64,000 bases of DNA, from assembly GCF_009834535.1 (NCBI RefSeq), contig NC_045696.1, positions 66,094,001 through 66,158,000 on the forward strand, read 5' to 3'. Below are positions 12,790-27,010 of this stretch, one piece after another. A program made the position numbers and the translations under genes. Within the stretch, counting starts at the first letter, position 1. The number at the start of each line of letters is the position of its first letter. The notes beneath the pieces are model-generated. The model did no database searches. It was not told where the DNA came from and worked only from the letters and a program-made list of their open reading frames with translations. Origin of the DNA: Camelus ferus (lineage: Eukaryota).

Positions 12790-12915
12790 AGACTGTTTCA
12801 GTTTGCCCAGGACAGTTCTGTTTTATGCTTGCTTTCCTAGTTAGTTATTAAAATTGACTGTTTTCACTCTCAAAAGGTGTCCAGGTTGAGATGATAAATT
12901 TTATTGTCATCCCAA
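12790..12915. mobile_element. MER94-like hAT-Blackjack element within a MIR
   Basis: cagtttgcccaggacagttctgttttatgc..cactctcaaaaggtgtccaggttgagatgataaatt..gtcatcc. Confidence 0.7.
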
Positions 12916-13994
12916 TTTGAACTTAGGTGTGTCCCACTGAGTGGTCATACTCTAATCCTCTTTTCCAACACATGGTTCTTATGTCTTCCTCTCCAGTTGC
13001 CTATGTCAATATGTACAAAGATAAAGTGAACACGGACTCAGGCATGCTTTTGTAACCATCTTATGATAGGTGGAGGAAAGATATTTAGATGATGAATAAC
13101 GGTTTACCCTGATTGTAGGAAGAATGCTCATCTTAATATATAAAGCCACTATTAATTCTAGGAAATTTGGGTTTGGCAGACCCCCTTAGTATGTTTCTTG
13201 TTTTTTTTTTTTTTTTACAAGACAGGTCATTGAGACCTTACCTTAATTCTGGGCTGGCCGGTGAGGGTGGGGAGCATTACTCTCCACCTATGTTGAACAC
13301 TGCCTCTATTATCTTTAGCACATTTTAAACAAATTTTCTTTTATATCTTTCATTGGGTTTGGAGTCAATTTATTGGAAAGGATACAATACAGAGAATGTT
13401 AACATTTCTTATGGTTTTCAACTTAGCTATGAGAGGCTTTGAGTCAGAAGAGTAACAAATTATGCCTTATTGGTCAGTGACAAATGATTTTTGTCAAGAA
13501 TGAAAAGATATGAAAACTAAAAGGAGAGCCACATAACCAGGGTAAACGTTTGATAGTGTTCTGAATCAAGACGTGCAAGTCCTGTCAGCTGCCATCTGTT
13601 GAATTCATGGTTCTGCCTCCAGTTCCACCCCCTGCCCCTTTGTAGTGGGGCAGAAGTTTAGAAGACGTCTTGTGCCCATGGTGAAGTCTTGGTAAACCAA
13701 AGCCTTGAGCAAGCTAAAGTTTACATCAAACAGAAATCGCTAATCAGGAGAGGAACCCTGCTCGCAGAGGAAGAAGCAAGCAGCTGTCGGGAGAGAAGCA
13801 GAGAATCCCTGAGCTGCCCATGAGATCGATGAAGCAGCTAATCCCCAGAGCTGACTTGGTTTCTGACAACACTTCAGTTTCAATTCATGTGCTTCTTTAC
13901 AACTAGTCCTCTATTCTCTTGCATTAGTTAGTGACACTTCATTCCTTGTAATTAAGAGAATCTAACTGATATTCAGAGGCACAGCTGTAATTAC

Positions 13995-14066
13995 CAGGTT
14001 CTTTCTCGTAGACCACAAAATCATTGGGTGAATAGATCTGGGGAGGCAATGCATCTTTTGGAGAGC
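13995..14066 (-). CDS. IL1RAP: IL1RAP coding exon (exon 7 equivalent), D2-D3 linker
   Basis: acag|GCTCTC...GAACCTG|gtaatt, 72 nt. Translates GSPKDALPPQIYSPNDFVVYEKEP. Confidence 0.96.
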
Positions 14067-15023
14067 CTGTGATAGAGAGGAAAGAACAAAGGAAGATGAC
14101 GTCAAATCACGTAAACTTTATTTCGCAGACAAATTCAGAACGCAGTCAAAAATCTGCTCTTCTTTGACGCATTACCCAACCTCCTGGCACAGTTTGTTAA
14201 TTCTTGAGGGGGCCCAAAGTTCAATATGTAGTCAATTACAACACCTCTTTCATTTAAAACAAACAAGCGAAGAAACAAATATATCTAGTATCCTTGCTGT
14301 TTAAGGATAGAACGTTTATCCAAACTGGTTTTGCTTTCCAAAGCTTACATGAGACAGACTTCTTTCTCATTCTGTGTAATAATTTACTCAGTTGTTTCTT
14401 TTCTACACAGTTCTCCTCAACATGCCCAGAGTGTCTAGTATGGCACCTGGTTAAATAAGTAAGCATTAAATTAATGAACAAGTAAATGGAAAATTCAAAA
14501 TCACAATTGTGAGGTCAGCACCTAAGTCTACCTGGTGGCCAGTTATCAGCTGAATGTTCATTCATAGCATTGCTGCTTTTTATAACATTCTATATTCCTA
14601 AACTGAAAGAAAGATGCCCCTGAAGGAGCTTCATGTGCAGTGTTTAAGAGCACAAGTTTCAAAGATTTAATGGCGGGGGCTCTAATCTTGACTTGGCCAT
14701 ATACCAACCATTTGACTCTGTTTTTTTTAACTTAATCTTTGAAAAGCTCATTTTCCTCAACTTTAAAATGAGAGTAATTACACTCACCTCACAGGTTCAT
14801 TATGTGGATTAAATTAAGTAATGCACATTAAGTAATGCATATTAAAGCATCCTACTGGTATATAATAAGTACTCAATACTTCACAGTTTTAAAAGCAAAC
14901 TTGTATTGCTTGAAAGTTGGATGAGAAATACATCCCTCACATCTGTGTCTATCAACTTCTAGATCTATAAATCAAGATGACCATGCGTGTCTGTTCCCAA
15001 CTTTCCAAAAATGAATGCATTAA

Positions 15024-15024
<1 letters not shown>

Positions 15025-15072
<48 letters not shown>
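15025..15072. repeat. Compound (GT)n(AT)n microsatellite
   Basis: Read directly. Confidence 0.95.
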
Positions 15073-15076
<4 letters not shown>

Positions 15077-16147
15077 AATTTTCCAAGAGGAATACATGTT
15101 TAGATTATTCATTTGATTTTTAAAATCCTTTCATGTTAGATTCTAATTTAGTCTGATTTTTCTTCTGAATTAGTCCCCAACTCAGCATTATTCCAAAAGT
15201 AAGTAGAGAAAGAGAGGCAGTGATTACAAAATTATATGATTTAAATTTTACTTGCACTATATTGAACCCTTTAAAAAAATTATGCTGAATCTGGTTTCAG
15301 ACCAGTATAAAAAGCTCTAAGCAAAGAGTCAGAAACCTGGAACTTAGAATCACTCCTTCTACTAACTCAGGGAGCTTCTCTAAATAGATTATTTTCTGTT
15401 GCTGGAACTTAATGCTTCCATCTACTAAGATAGGGTATGAAAATAATCTCACTCTGATATGCTATCATTTTTAATACAGTGGGCACAGCGGTATTTAGGG
15501 ATCTCCTCTGAATGCCACCTAGGGCAATGGCTCTCTTGATTTCTAGGTTTGATAGGAGTCTATTGACTCTGCCTAGACGCCGTCCTTTCCACTTCTCTAG
15601 TTTCTCACTCCCAAAACAAAGCACTGGTTGAACAGTGCCAGCAAACAGTTTCAGCATTAGCTATAAGTATTCCAATATATACAAAGACACAGCTTACTTA
15701 ATTCAAGTAAAATGCTTTGACAGTAATATTAATGACTATTCATTGAGTTTCTACTGCTTGCCAGGAACTGAATTAGCATAATATGTATATTATTTCTAAT
15801 ACTCTCAACTGTATTAAATGCTAGGTAGTCGTAGTCCCAGAGTACAGATAAATACTAATAGTACTAATAAATGGCAGTGGTATAATTTGAACACAGATAT
15901 GTCTGGCACTCTTTTTCACTCCCCGAGCTGCCTTTATTCATTCACATATTCATGCAGTAGAACTATAGGTACTGAATGCCTACTATGTAGGTAGAATTGC
16001 TGAAGCTCTGCAAATAGTGCAGTGAACATAAAAGATTAAGTTGCTTTTCTTTTAGAATTTACACACTTAATTGTAATACACTATTAAGAGCTTAAAACAA
16101 AATTATTGCATTCTTTGTTGTGTGCACTTAATGTAAACCATGCTTAC

Positions 16148-16313
16148 CTACCACCTTTACAGTCTGAGTCCTGGTGAGATGGAAGGTACGTCCATTTTCT
16201 GGATATGTAACAACACATGTATAATTTCCATTATTTGAAACCAAGGCTATGAGAAAACTCAAGTTCATGCCATCAGGAATTACATTATTAAAGTTGTGTA
16301 CTTTATGACAACC
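16148..16313 (-). CDS. IL1RAP: IL1RAP coding exon (exon 6 equivalent), Ig domain D2
   Basis: ttag|GGTTGT...GTGGTAG|gtaagc, 166 nt. Translates GCHKVHNFNNVIPDGMNLSFLIALVSNNGNYTCVVTYPENGRTFHLTRTQTVKVV. Absent from the ORF track; found by hand. Confidence 0.97.
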
Positions 16314-16790
16314 CTAAGAAGTAAAGGAAAAAAATGTTTATCGTTTACATACATGCATAGACAATATACAAACACATATATACTCACAGACATCCAAGTT
16401 TGCACAGAACATACAAATATCTAAGCCAGCTGTACTTTTTACAAAACTATTTTGGTCAAGTATTTGATGATGTTCCTCCAGAGAATTAATGCAATAAACT
16501 TCATTATCTTTTCTGCAAGATGAAAATGAAAATTCTGAACTGAAATATGAATTCAAAACCACAAGGTTCCTGTCTCAAGTCCTAGTTTTCGAATTCTGAG
16601 ATTTCCATGCTAATAGAAAAGCAAGGCTAAAATTTTGAAAAATGATTAAAGTCACTTAAGCAAATGCATGCTCTGCTATTTAAAAAGCAATTATTTTTCA
16701 TTTTCCCACATTTCTTCACTGATTATGTTAATTCAGGAATACAGTCACTTTGATAAACTAGGCCCTGTTTTAGATGTCTGTTTTGATACT

Positions 16791-16941
16791 CTTTTTTTAA
16801 TTCTTTTTTTGGGGGGTTGTGTGAGGGGAGACAATTAGGTGTATTCATTTACTTATTTATTTTAATAGAAGTACCAGGGATTCAACCCAGGACCTCATGC
16901 TTGCTAGGCATGCACTCTACCACTGAGCTCTACCCTCCCCC
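16791..16941 (-). mobile_element. tRNA-derived camelid SINE (Vic-1-like)
   Basis: The reverse strand reads gggggagggtagagctcagtggtagagtgcatgcctagc...gggttgaatccc, followed by an A-rich tail. Confidence 0.88.
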
Positions 16942-19900
16942 TTGAATTTGGCATTCTTGACCACTCTGCTGAATCACTATATCAGTTATTTCCAAACATT
17001 TTTTGTGTTTTTTTGCCTACTTTTCTTATTTTTTATAATTGAATAGTACAGACCCTGGAATTTAAAAATAAAAGATATTTTGAGTTTTACCGAAAGTTAA
17101 AAGAGTTAAAAAAAAAAGAGTTTATTTCTTCTCCAGCTCATATTTTCATATAACTCTGTTGATTTTCAAAATTTTGACGTTGAAATATTTCATTCAACAC
17201 AACTAGAATCCTGTTTCTGATCTCTCCTCCCCTAATTGGCTATATTTTCTTTTAAATAAAAAAAAAGCAATATATCATATGTGACAAAAATATGTGCTGA
17301 ACATTTACTTTTGTGTTTTTCTTTTAAAAATCAATACTATCTGTCAAAAAGAATTGGCTTATCTCTAAAGTCCTTTAGATCTTAAAATTCTGGGAGTCTA
17401 TTACCAGCTTGTACTTTCAATTTCCTGTGTTCATATATTTAACTTTAATTCTTGTACACTCAAGGTTGTCTTTCTTCAATTCCTGGAGCATGTGTTTTGA
17501 AATATGACAGTTACACTAAGTGGAACATTTTGTAATTCTTCGTCACAGGAAATATGCCTTTTAAGAGTAGCACTAAACTTCTGATTCATGGAGACGATCA
17601 TCAAGAGGAAGCCGATATATACTCAGTTAACTTATTTTTCTGAATACGGTTTATCCTGTTTTGATAAGCAGTGCTTCTAGACACTAGTCAAATCAGCAAA
17701 ATATTCTAATACTCTCAGGTTATCACAAAGTATAAGGCCACAAAACCCTGTACTCTTATAATAAATTTATGTCAGATTTGGTTTAAATTGAGTTTAGATT
17801 ATCTGTAGAACTCTTTTTGATTGTTCTGGCACCTTCCTTTTAAACAGTTCAAAGCTATTTTTTCCTCTCACTTCTTAGCTTAGCTTTCATAAGTCCCTGT
17901 GAAGCGGACAAATCGGATTAAATATGCTTTTACAGGTGAAAAAAATGAGATAGATCAAGAGATCTTCTAAATAATACAGCGCAGAGCTAAAACAGTTTTT
18001 TTTAGACGGCCGAGTAAAGGTCTTTCATTAGTTTTTTAATGAAGAATGAACACCAATCTTCAGTCATCAGTTGAGGCTGAAAAAATTATACTGAGACATG
18101 CACTTACAGTCTTACATTACTCCACTATCTCATCCAATCCATATTCCAAATTTAACAAGTTTGGAATGCTCTTATGCACGTTTTGTAGATGAAAATACAA
18201 AGCCCTAGAAAGGTTAACTAATTGCCAGTGTCACAGAGTGCGGCAGTGTCAGAGCTGGAATTGGAATGGAGACCTACGTGTTTTGAGACCCTTGCTCCTA
18301 CTCTCACCTGACACTGTCTTCCCACACTATGCTGTGGTTCTGCACATCTGCCCCACTAGGGGGCCAGCCCCAGTGTTAATAGCGTGATACGGCTCTATCA
18401 CTTCCATGAGGCTGATTCCTACAATTAGCGGTAAACTGGAAGAGCATAATTTTCAGAATAGGAAGTAAGCTGTTAGTACTAAACTTGTCAATTTCTTAAG
18501 AAAAGGCTAAAAAATCTATTTGACTCACCAAGTGCCACTATGTAAAAACTATTTAAAACACATTGTTTTAGAAGTCATAGTATATGCTAAAAATATAAAG
18601 AAACCCTTTTGACTCAAAGTCTTCTCATTCATTCATTCATTCATTCACTCTTGAGTACTGATCGATAAACTACATGCCAGGCACTGTTTCATGTTCTGAG
18701 AATACAGCATTGAACAGAACAAAAGGTCAGCCCTCATGGACTTACCATTAAGAGAGAAATGGAATCTGACATATCTAAATAGCAAGGAAGATGACACCAA
18801 ACAGGTATGTGTTGGCTTCTTGCTAATTTCTCCCTTTCTCTTCATTTTATTCCAAACCCATGGGGATAAACTTGAAATTTGAGCTGGATGTGATTAAGAC
18901 TCTCATTGGGCCTGTATGTCAGTGGTGTAAGTCAAGTTTCTCTGGGATTTTTCTCTCCTTTCCATAAGGTAAGATAAAACTGTAGGTCTGGAACAGGTTT
19001 TTCTTGGAATTTATTGGTCTAGACAAATATTTCAAATTAAGGACTATTCCATTAAAAAGTAATGAAAAAGCTTGGGGTCAAATTTACTACTCAGAAAAAA
19101 ACTGATCATTCAAAATTGTTAAATTAACTAGTTTAACCAAAAAAAAAAAAAACAAAAAGAAAAAGAAAATTAAAAAAAATTCAAAGCTATTAGAACTATA
19201 GCATGCTATAAAAGCAAATAAAGAAAATATTTTATGTTCTAAGTGTACATGTGTGGTGAGGGTAGTCTCAGGGCGTTGTTGAACTATTAACTTCAGCCTT
19301 CAGTTTGATGAGCTTTATTTCTTACAAGTTGCTGCCTCTCTATACCCTTCATGCATCTGAGACACTCAAAATATTTTTAAACATAATAAACTCTTCCTGA
19401 AAATAAACCCTGCAAATTTGATGATGATTTCAAAATTATTCATTTGGAATTCAGGAAAAAAAGGTATGAACAAAGATCTAGATACCCGAAGAATTTTAAA
19501 AATAACACATGTTTCCAAATACAAGAGATGGGTTAACAGTAAGTGGATTCCACTATGAAGCAAACACTATCTGACTAGAAGACGAGTCATTCATTTAGTT
19601 GACCCATCAGTTCCTCATTCTGAATTCAAAAGAGAGAAGTTAAACAGGGGAGCAATTTTTCAACCACATAACGGTAGCCATGGCAACCTACCACAGCACA
19701 TAGGTAAAGAACAGCACAAGAAATGACTCTGAGATCTGAGAGGAAATAAATCACGTGGTGACATGTGGGATGTGGGTGAGGGGGATGTCATGACTAAATA
19801 AGAACAAATGTTTCCATTCAACAAACCTACAGTTTTTAAAAAACTGTGTTAAGGCACAAAAATGGAAAAGATACAGTTCCTAACCTATAGGTACGTAGTC

Positions 19901-22276
19901 TAGTGGAGGATTACAGTGAATACTAATGAAAGGCATATTGGGGTGGGGAAGTGGGGGAAGAAGAGCAAACAGAAAACGTTTAGAAAATCTTCATGGACCA
20001 AGAGTTGAACTGGATCTTAAAGGATAAGTAGAGTATTAACAGCCATTCAGGAGGAGGAAAGACATGGAGAGAGACACTCCAGGGACAGAAAAAAGTGTAA
20101 ACAACTTCCCTGCACTTTTATAGCATTTTGCGCTCCATGCTAGTACTTAACTAACTTAAATGATCTCTTGCCATGTTTATCTCTTCCTCTAGAAAATTTA
20201 CTTCGATGGGGGAAATCGGAGGTGGATGAGTACTGCTGCATGGCCAACAACTTGTCCAATACTGGGCACATAGTAAATGCTCAATACATTGGTGTTGCAT
20301 GATCAAAAATATGAATGACAGGAGCAAAGACACAAACACACGGAACTGCAAGCTCATGCAATATGCGAATACTAATAAGAAGGTGAGTACATGGAACTAT
20401 AGCACATGAGATGGGTGAGTTGTAAGATGGGTGGGGAAAGAGGGAGTAAAGAGTTTAACTGAAATATGAGGTTAGAACAATTAGAAATATCTATTGACAT
20501 TTTTGCTTCCAAAATTAAATTGTTATAAAATACCCCACACTTGTTCACAAAGACTCACAAGACTTCTACATACCAGCTACTTTCAATGAGCAGAAGTACA
20601 TCATCTATTGTTTATACATTAATAGTTACAAAATTCCTCCTATGTGTCAGGCATTGTGTTAGAAGCTGGACATACAGTGTCCAGTAAAAACAGAAACGGT
20701 CCTTATTTCCACAGAATTATCTAGTCCACTCTAATTTATTCAATTATTTAATCAATTCCTGAACACAAAGTTTATTGGCTCAGTTTCATGATATATGCTT
20801 GATACTCAAAGGAAAACAAAAGAGAGAGGTCACTATTTAGTACAAAAGAGAGAAATGCAATCACTATGGTAACAGAGTTGAGGTATAAGTTAATAGAGTG
20901 GGTGATTCATTCAGCCTAATTGAACCACAAGGCTTCAGAGATATTTGAACTGACTTTGAGTTAAAAAGATGAATCCTGGGTCCTCAGAAGCCCTGAAACT
21001 ATATGTGAAATGCTGTGTGTATGTAAGCATGTATGGAATTAAACATGTATAGTTTGGAAAGAAAATATGATATAAAACTTTGTTCACGCCAAAGGTTAAA
21101 AATCACTATATAGACACTGTGGAAAAACGAAAGAGATAAAGAACCTACCAAACTAAGCTGTCAGATCAAATTGAGAAAAAAGCACTTTAAAAATAAAGTC
21201 TATTCCATGGACCTTGGACTAGCTTCCCAACAATACGTGCTATGCTAACAAGAAGGCCAAGCCTGGCGCCTTTTCAGAAATGTGCTTTCCTCATGGCACT
21301 TTGTCAGAAAAAGCAAAGATTTTCCTATTTTCCGAAAGAGATTTATAAACAATATCTGACCAACTCTAATTAATTTCACACTAAAAATTAAAGGTGGAAG
21401 TAGCATACCAATTTTGATGATCACATTGAGGACAAGGACAACCAGCTTTTTTGCAAATTGATATCCAGAATGATACCTTTTTTGCGAAATAGCAGTTGAG
21501 AGCACTTCAGCAGCTGCTGTAAATGTAATATCCAAAACACTCAATAAATTGGTCCCTTGGATCCTTAGTAAAAAGGGGCAGACTGTCTTTATTTTTACAA
21601 GTATCTTTGGGGAAAAAAAATCAAATACCTCATTATAGTAATGAGAAAGAAATAATCCAGTTGTACGAAAGTTAAGATGGCTTGCCATATTTTAAAGCTC
21701 AGGTCTCTGAATAACTTTAATAATAATACTAAAAACAACAACAACACTATCATACTTAACTTATGTCATTACTAATCTGTAATCAGAAGTCTCTGTGAAT
21801 AAACAGGCAGTCTTCAATTTATACACGCTGTGTTTCAGAAGTTCTTTTAGAAGCTGGCTATTTGAAATTCAGTAAATCACTTACAAAGCATGGTTTGCTT
21901 TTCAGGCTAGTTACAAAACCTGGCTTACTCAGCAAACATTTACTAAACATCAATTTAACTCACAGAATTGTTGAATTAGAGAACTGTGAATCCTGGGCTC
22001 TGAATGAAAAAAAAAAAAAAAAAAAAAAAGCCCTGCCATGAAGAAGAGAGGAGGAAAGAAGAGAAGATACACAGAGGAGGAAGGTTCATTCCTGCCCCAT
22101 TTCTCTAAGATTCTGAAATAGAAACTTTAGATTTTCTGTTCCCTCCAAATCTCGGCTTTTCTGAGTTCCCTCTGATTTCCTACGAACTTCTCCTCATAGG
22201 TGTCCTTATGTCCCACAGTCCAGTCTAGAGCCCAATCTGTGTTCAAATATTACTTTGCCCTTTAAAGTGCCCTAAG

Positions 22277-22444
22277 AGGGGAGGGTATAGCTCAAATGAT
22301 AGAGCGCTTGCCTAGCGTGCGTGAGGTCCTGGGTTCAATCTTCAGTACCTCCATTAAAATAAATAAATAAATAAATAAATGAATAGGCCTAATGACCTCC
22401 TCCTACAAAAAATACTAAAAATTAAAAAAAAATTTTTAATTAGC
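22277..22444 (+). mobile_element. tRNA-derived camelid SINE (Vic-1-like)
   Basis: ggggagggtatagctcaaatgatagagc...gggttcaatc and (AAAT)n. Perfect 13-bp TSD aaagtgccctaag at 22264-22276 and 22445-22457. Confidence 0.92.
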
Positions 22445-25400
22445 AAAGTGCCCTAAGCCCCAGAAGTAAAGACTGGACCATGTTCTATGTGCCATTTCTG
22501 GAGAGCAAAGGTTTTTGAGCCACACAGAACTAGCCTGAGACCCCAGATTCTCCTATTATCAGCCGGATTGTTTTGAGTAAATTATGTAAGACAATGTAAA
22601 AGTCTGGGCTCTTGATACAGATTGCATAGTGTTGAATCTTGTACAAATCAATGTCGCCTTGGACAAATCACTCAACCATTCTACACCTCGGTTTCCTTAA
22701 CTATAAAATGGAGAAAACAGAGTCCACTTTGTGTTGAGATAATTAAGTAAATTTATTAAAACATTTGGAAGAATTCCTGTGCTCGGTAAATGTTAACTAC
22801 TATTGTCTTACATCTCTCAACATCCGTTTCCTAATCTATAAAAGGATGCTAGCTACCTTGACTGATCATGGTATCACATATGATAGCATCTAAAGACCTT
22901 TAAAGTACCTAGCCCTATATACTGCGCTAGTGAAATGCAAAAGTCAGTTTCCTATTCCTTTTTTCAATTCATGAGTTTTCACCCTGCTGCCAGCAGGAAA
23001 GCAAATTTGCTGGAACTGATTAGTGTGTCCTTTAACTCTCATAGTTATTTGTATTAATGAAAGAGCCTGTTTCTACAGTGTCATAGTAGGAAGTTCAGCT
23101 GATAGCAACTGCAAGAGGACTACTGTAGGAGAGCAAAGATACCTCAGTGGACGGAGGAGTGACTGCAGAAGGTAGAAAGCAGAAAACAATAGCAGCATTG
23201 CTACACCGTGATAGGAGATCTCAGCTACCAACAACCCTGATTTTGTTCCCAAGACGGCAGCACTCCCAGGAGTAAAGGTGTCCATTAGGCAAATGTAGAG
23301 AAATAAAAAGCAGCATACCACATATCTATAGCAGTTTGTTTCATAATCAGAGAATAGAAGGGATGGCAGTTTATTGCTTGTCCTTTTTGGTCACCTGCAC
23401 ATCGTTGGGTATCTGCCGTGGTGATGGTTTCACTACCATGACCTTTTTTTCTCGTTCTTCTTTCTAGGCTTTCTGCTTTCATTCACCTCATGAACATTCT
23501 CTCCACATTTCAATCTTAGCCTCTTTCTCTTATCACTTTATTTTGGCCTTTTAAGGGCTTCACCTCTCACATGGATGCATTTAATTCTCTGTCTCTAGTT
23601 GATTTTTCTTCTAAGCTCTACGCTCCAGACCCATACACAAATAGCCACTAACTATTGGTCACTGCCACCTAGATGGCTCCCAGACAAATCTAACTCAATA
23701 TGACACATGATCAAAATTCCTTACTTGCTCCCCAAACCTGCTCCTCCTCTGCTATTTCATACCTTGGTTAATACGACTGACATCAGACCAATCAGGAAAC
23801 CAGAAATCTGGGAATCACAGAGATACATATGGGATAACTTTACCCGCACAAAATAGTCAACCTCGTGGAGTGCATGCATATAAATCTGTTTCTTTTCTTA
23901 AAACCAACAGTACCTTCTCTTTGACACTTTTGTAGAATTTCTAATCCTACTATTTGATAAGAATAGGAATTCTTATTTATAAACTTTTTGAATTAAACTG
24001 TGAGATTCTTTGGGATTAGGCTGAATAGGGCATGTATCTAATTCATTACTGTCTTCCCCCAAACCTCTGACATATTGCACTGAATACAGTGGATCTTAAA
24101 CAAGTATGTATTGAATATACACATAAACAAATGACTATAAAACAATAAATGAAGTGAAAAGTGGCATTGAAACAGGCATAGATAAATAGCTATGGGAGTA
24201 TATGGGGGAAAATTAATTTTCTGCTGGAGAGAACAGGGACCATTTTATGAAGCTGTAGAATTTGATCTGTTCTAAAGAAGGAAAAGAGGATGTTCCAGGC
24301 AGAGGGCATGCATGAGAAAAAAAGAAGAGAAATGATAGAATTTATATAAAAATAAAATGACCACAGAATATTCAAAATATAGAAAATGTAAATAGGATTT
24401 AATTAGGAATGAGAGACTTCTTTGCAGATATATAGATGGACACTTTTTTTAACCTGGAAGATATATTACATTTATTGGTGTAAAATTGTTAAAATAATTA
24501 TTTTAATCCCTTTTATGCATTTTACTATGGAAAATTACAATCATAGAATATACGGTGAGCCCTGTATCCATATCTAGCCTCAAAAGTACCAATTCAGGCT
24601 GTCTTATTTCATCTATACCCACTCACTGCATCCCACTATTATTTCAAAGCAAATTACAGACATTATACAATTTTATTTATAACTATTTCTGTGTTCTCTA
24701 AATGTCAAGACCCCTTCTGCAAGCTAACTACATTGCCATTTTCATAATTTAAAATTCATCAATGTCCTCAATATTGTCTTGCTCCTATTTCCATGCCTTT
24801 CTCATAATTGGTTTTATAGTTTGTTTGAATAAAGCATGATCCAATTAAGGTCCATACACTGAAATTGGATGTTACGTATCTTAAATCAGTCTCCCCCAGC
24901 TCCCTTTCTTTTCTTATGTCCTTTCTTCTTAATCATTTCATTGTAGAATAAAGTACACATGAAAAACACTGAAAACATATTTATGAGCTAATAAATTAGT
25001 ATAAAGCAAATACCTTTGTAACCACCACTCAGGTCTAGGAATAAAACATTCCCAGTCACCCTTGAAAGCCTTCCACATGCCCCATGTCAATCACACCTTC
25101 TTTACTACACACCAAAGTGGAAACTATCTACACTTTCATAGTAAAATCACTTTCTTGTTTTCATTTACAATTGTGCTCATATGTGCATCCTTAGATACTA
25201 CAGTTTCACCCACTATAGTGTTTTCAGTGTGTTTTATGTTCCTTTTTATCTATATATTCCCACTCTATATCTTTCTTTTTCTTACAATCTATCTGTTGAA
25301 TAACTCAAGACATTCGGCCAATAGAGTTTCTCACTTGCTGACTGCAAACTCATGGTGCAGGTCTATACATTCCTCTGTTTTCCATATTTCCTGCAAAATG

Positions 25401-26149
25401 ACTGCAGGATCCAAAGGTTTTATCAGACTCAGATTTCCTCCATTTGGCAAAATTATAGGCAATATGTCTTTTTTGATCAGAAGGAATATGTCTGGCTGTT
25501 TCCCTTCTTATGACGTTAGCAGTCATTGATGAATAGTGCCTACATTTAGTAATGCATTGGGTTTGCAAAGTGATTATATACCTTTATAAAAACACACTTC
25601 CTTGAACAATTTGATTAATGTACATTTCTCACAGAAAAGGTAGAATAAAAACTTGATTCCCCCCCTTTATTAGCCAGTTTTCAAGATAACATATTTATTT
25701 TCTATCATCATCCAAATATGGCCAATTAAATATTTTGAAATATCATTATGAACTTATGGATTTAAACTCAATTCATGAGATTTGACCTACTGCAATTAAT
25801 GTCCTTACTAAAGCTCAAATTGTTCCATCTTTGGCCAACAGAAAACTCTTAAAGTTGGCTACTAAGTCAGTCCATTAATGACTTAAATAGATAGATACTC
25901 AAACTTTCAACTAGAATTATGGAACTGTCTATCTGTTCCTTTAATTTTGTCAACTTTTCCTTCATGTATTTTGAAACACTGTTACTAAGTATATATACTT
26001 TTAATCATTTTATGCCTTCTTAATGAATTGACCCTATTGTTATTCTGAAAAGTCCTTTCTATCTCTGATAATATTAATCATCCTGAGAGTCTACTTTATC
26101 TGATATTGGTAGATCCATTCTAACCTTTTTATTTTTATTCATCATTTTT

Positions 26150-27010
26150 CTTTTTTGAGTTTTTTAAAATTATAGTCAATTTACAATGTTTTATTAATTT
26201 CTGGTGTACAGCATAGTGTATATATATGTGTGTGTGTATATATGTGTGTGTATATATATATATATGGTATTGAATATAGTTTCCTGTGCTATACAGTATG
26301 GCCCTGTTGTTTATCTATTTTATATATAGTAGTAACTACAAATCCCGAACTCCCAATTTATCACTCTCCATCTCCTTTCCCTCCAGTAACCATAAGTTTG
26401 TTTTCTATATCTATGAGTCTGTCTCTGTTTTGTAAGTAAGTTCATTTGTGTTTTTTTTTTTTTCTAGATTCCACATATAAGTGATATCATACGGTATTTT
26501 TCTTTCTCTTTTTGGTTTACTTCACTTAGCATGACAATCTCCGGGCCCATCCATGTTGCTGCAAATGGCATTATTTTATTCTTTTTTTACAGCTGAGAAG
26601 TAGTCCATTGTGTGTGTGTCTAATATATATATCTATCTAGACATATATATCTATATATCTCACAACTTCTTTATCCAGTCATCTTTTAATGGACATTTAG
26701 GTTGCTTCCATGTCTTGGCTATTATTGTAAATAGTGCTGCTATGAACATTGGAGTGCATGTATCTTTTCAAATTAGAGTTTCCTGTGGATATGTGGTCAG
26801 GAGTGGGATTGCTGGATCATATGGTAAGTCTATTTTCAGCTTTTTGAAGAATTTCCATACTGTTTTCCACAGTGGCTGCATCAATTTACATTCCCAACAA
26901 CAGTGTGGGAAGGTTCCCTTTTCTCCACACCCTCTCCAGCATTTACCATGTGTGGACTTTTGAATGATGGCCATTCTGACTGGTGTGATGTGATACCTCA
27001 CTGTGGTTTT
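26150..27010 (-). mobile_element. L1 3' end (ORF2 C-terminus and 3'UTR) with internal TA/TG microsatellites
   Basis: ORF track 26768..27001 ([34 protein letters not shown]) is L1 ORF2. It sits within older T-rich L1-like sequence at about 24500-27700. Confidence 0.92.

Noticed and set aside
14813..14839. 13-bp tandem duplication attaagtaatgca
   Set aside because: An ordinary micro-duplication inside a MIR.
22277..22350. Possible tRNA gene
   Set aside because: The A/B boxes are followed by a SINE body, an A-rich tail and a TSD, so this is a tRNA-derived SINE.
25062..25529. 155-aa hydrophobic ORF
   Set aside because: It lies in T-rich antisense old-L1-like sequence, which explains the Phe/Leu/Ile bias.
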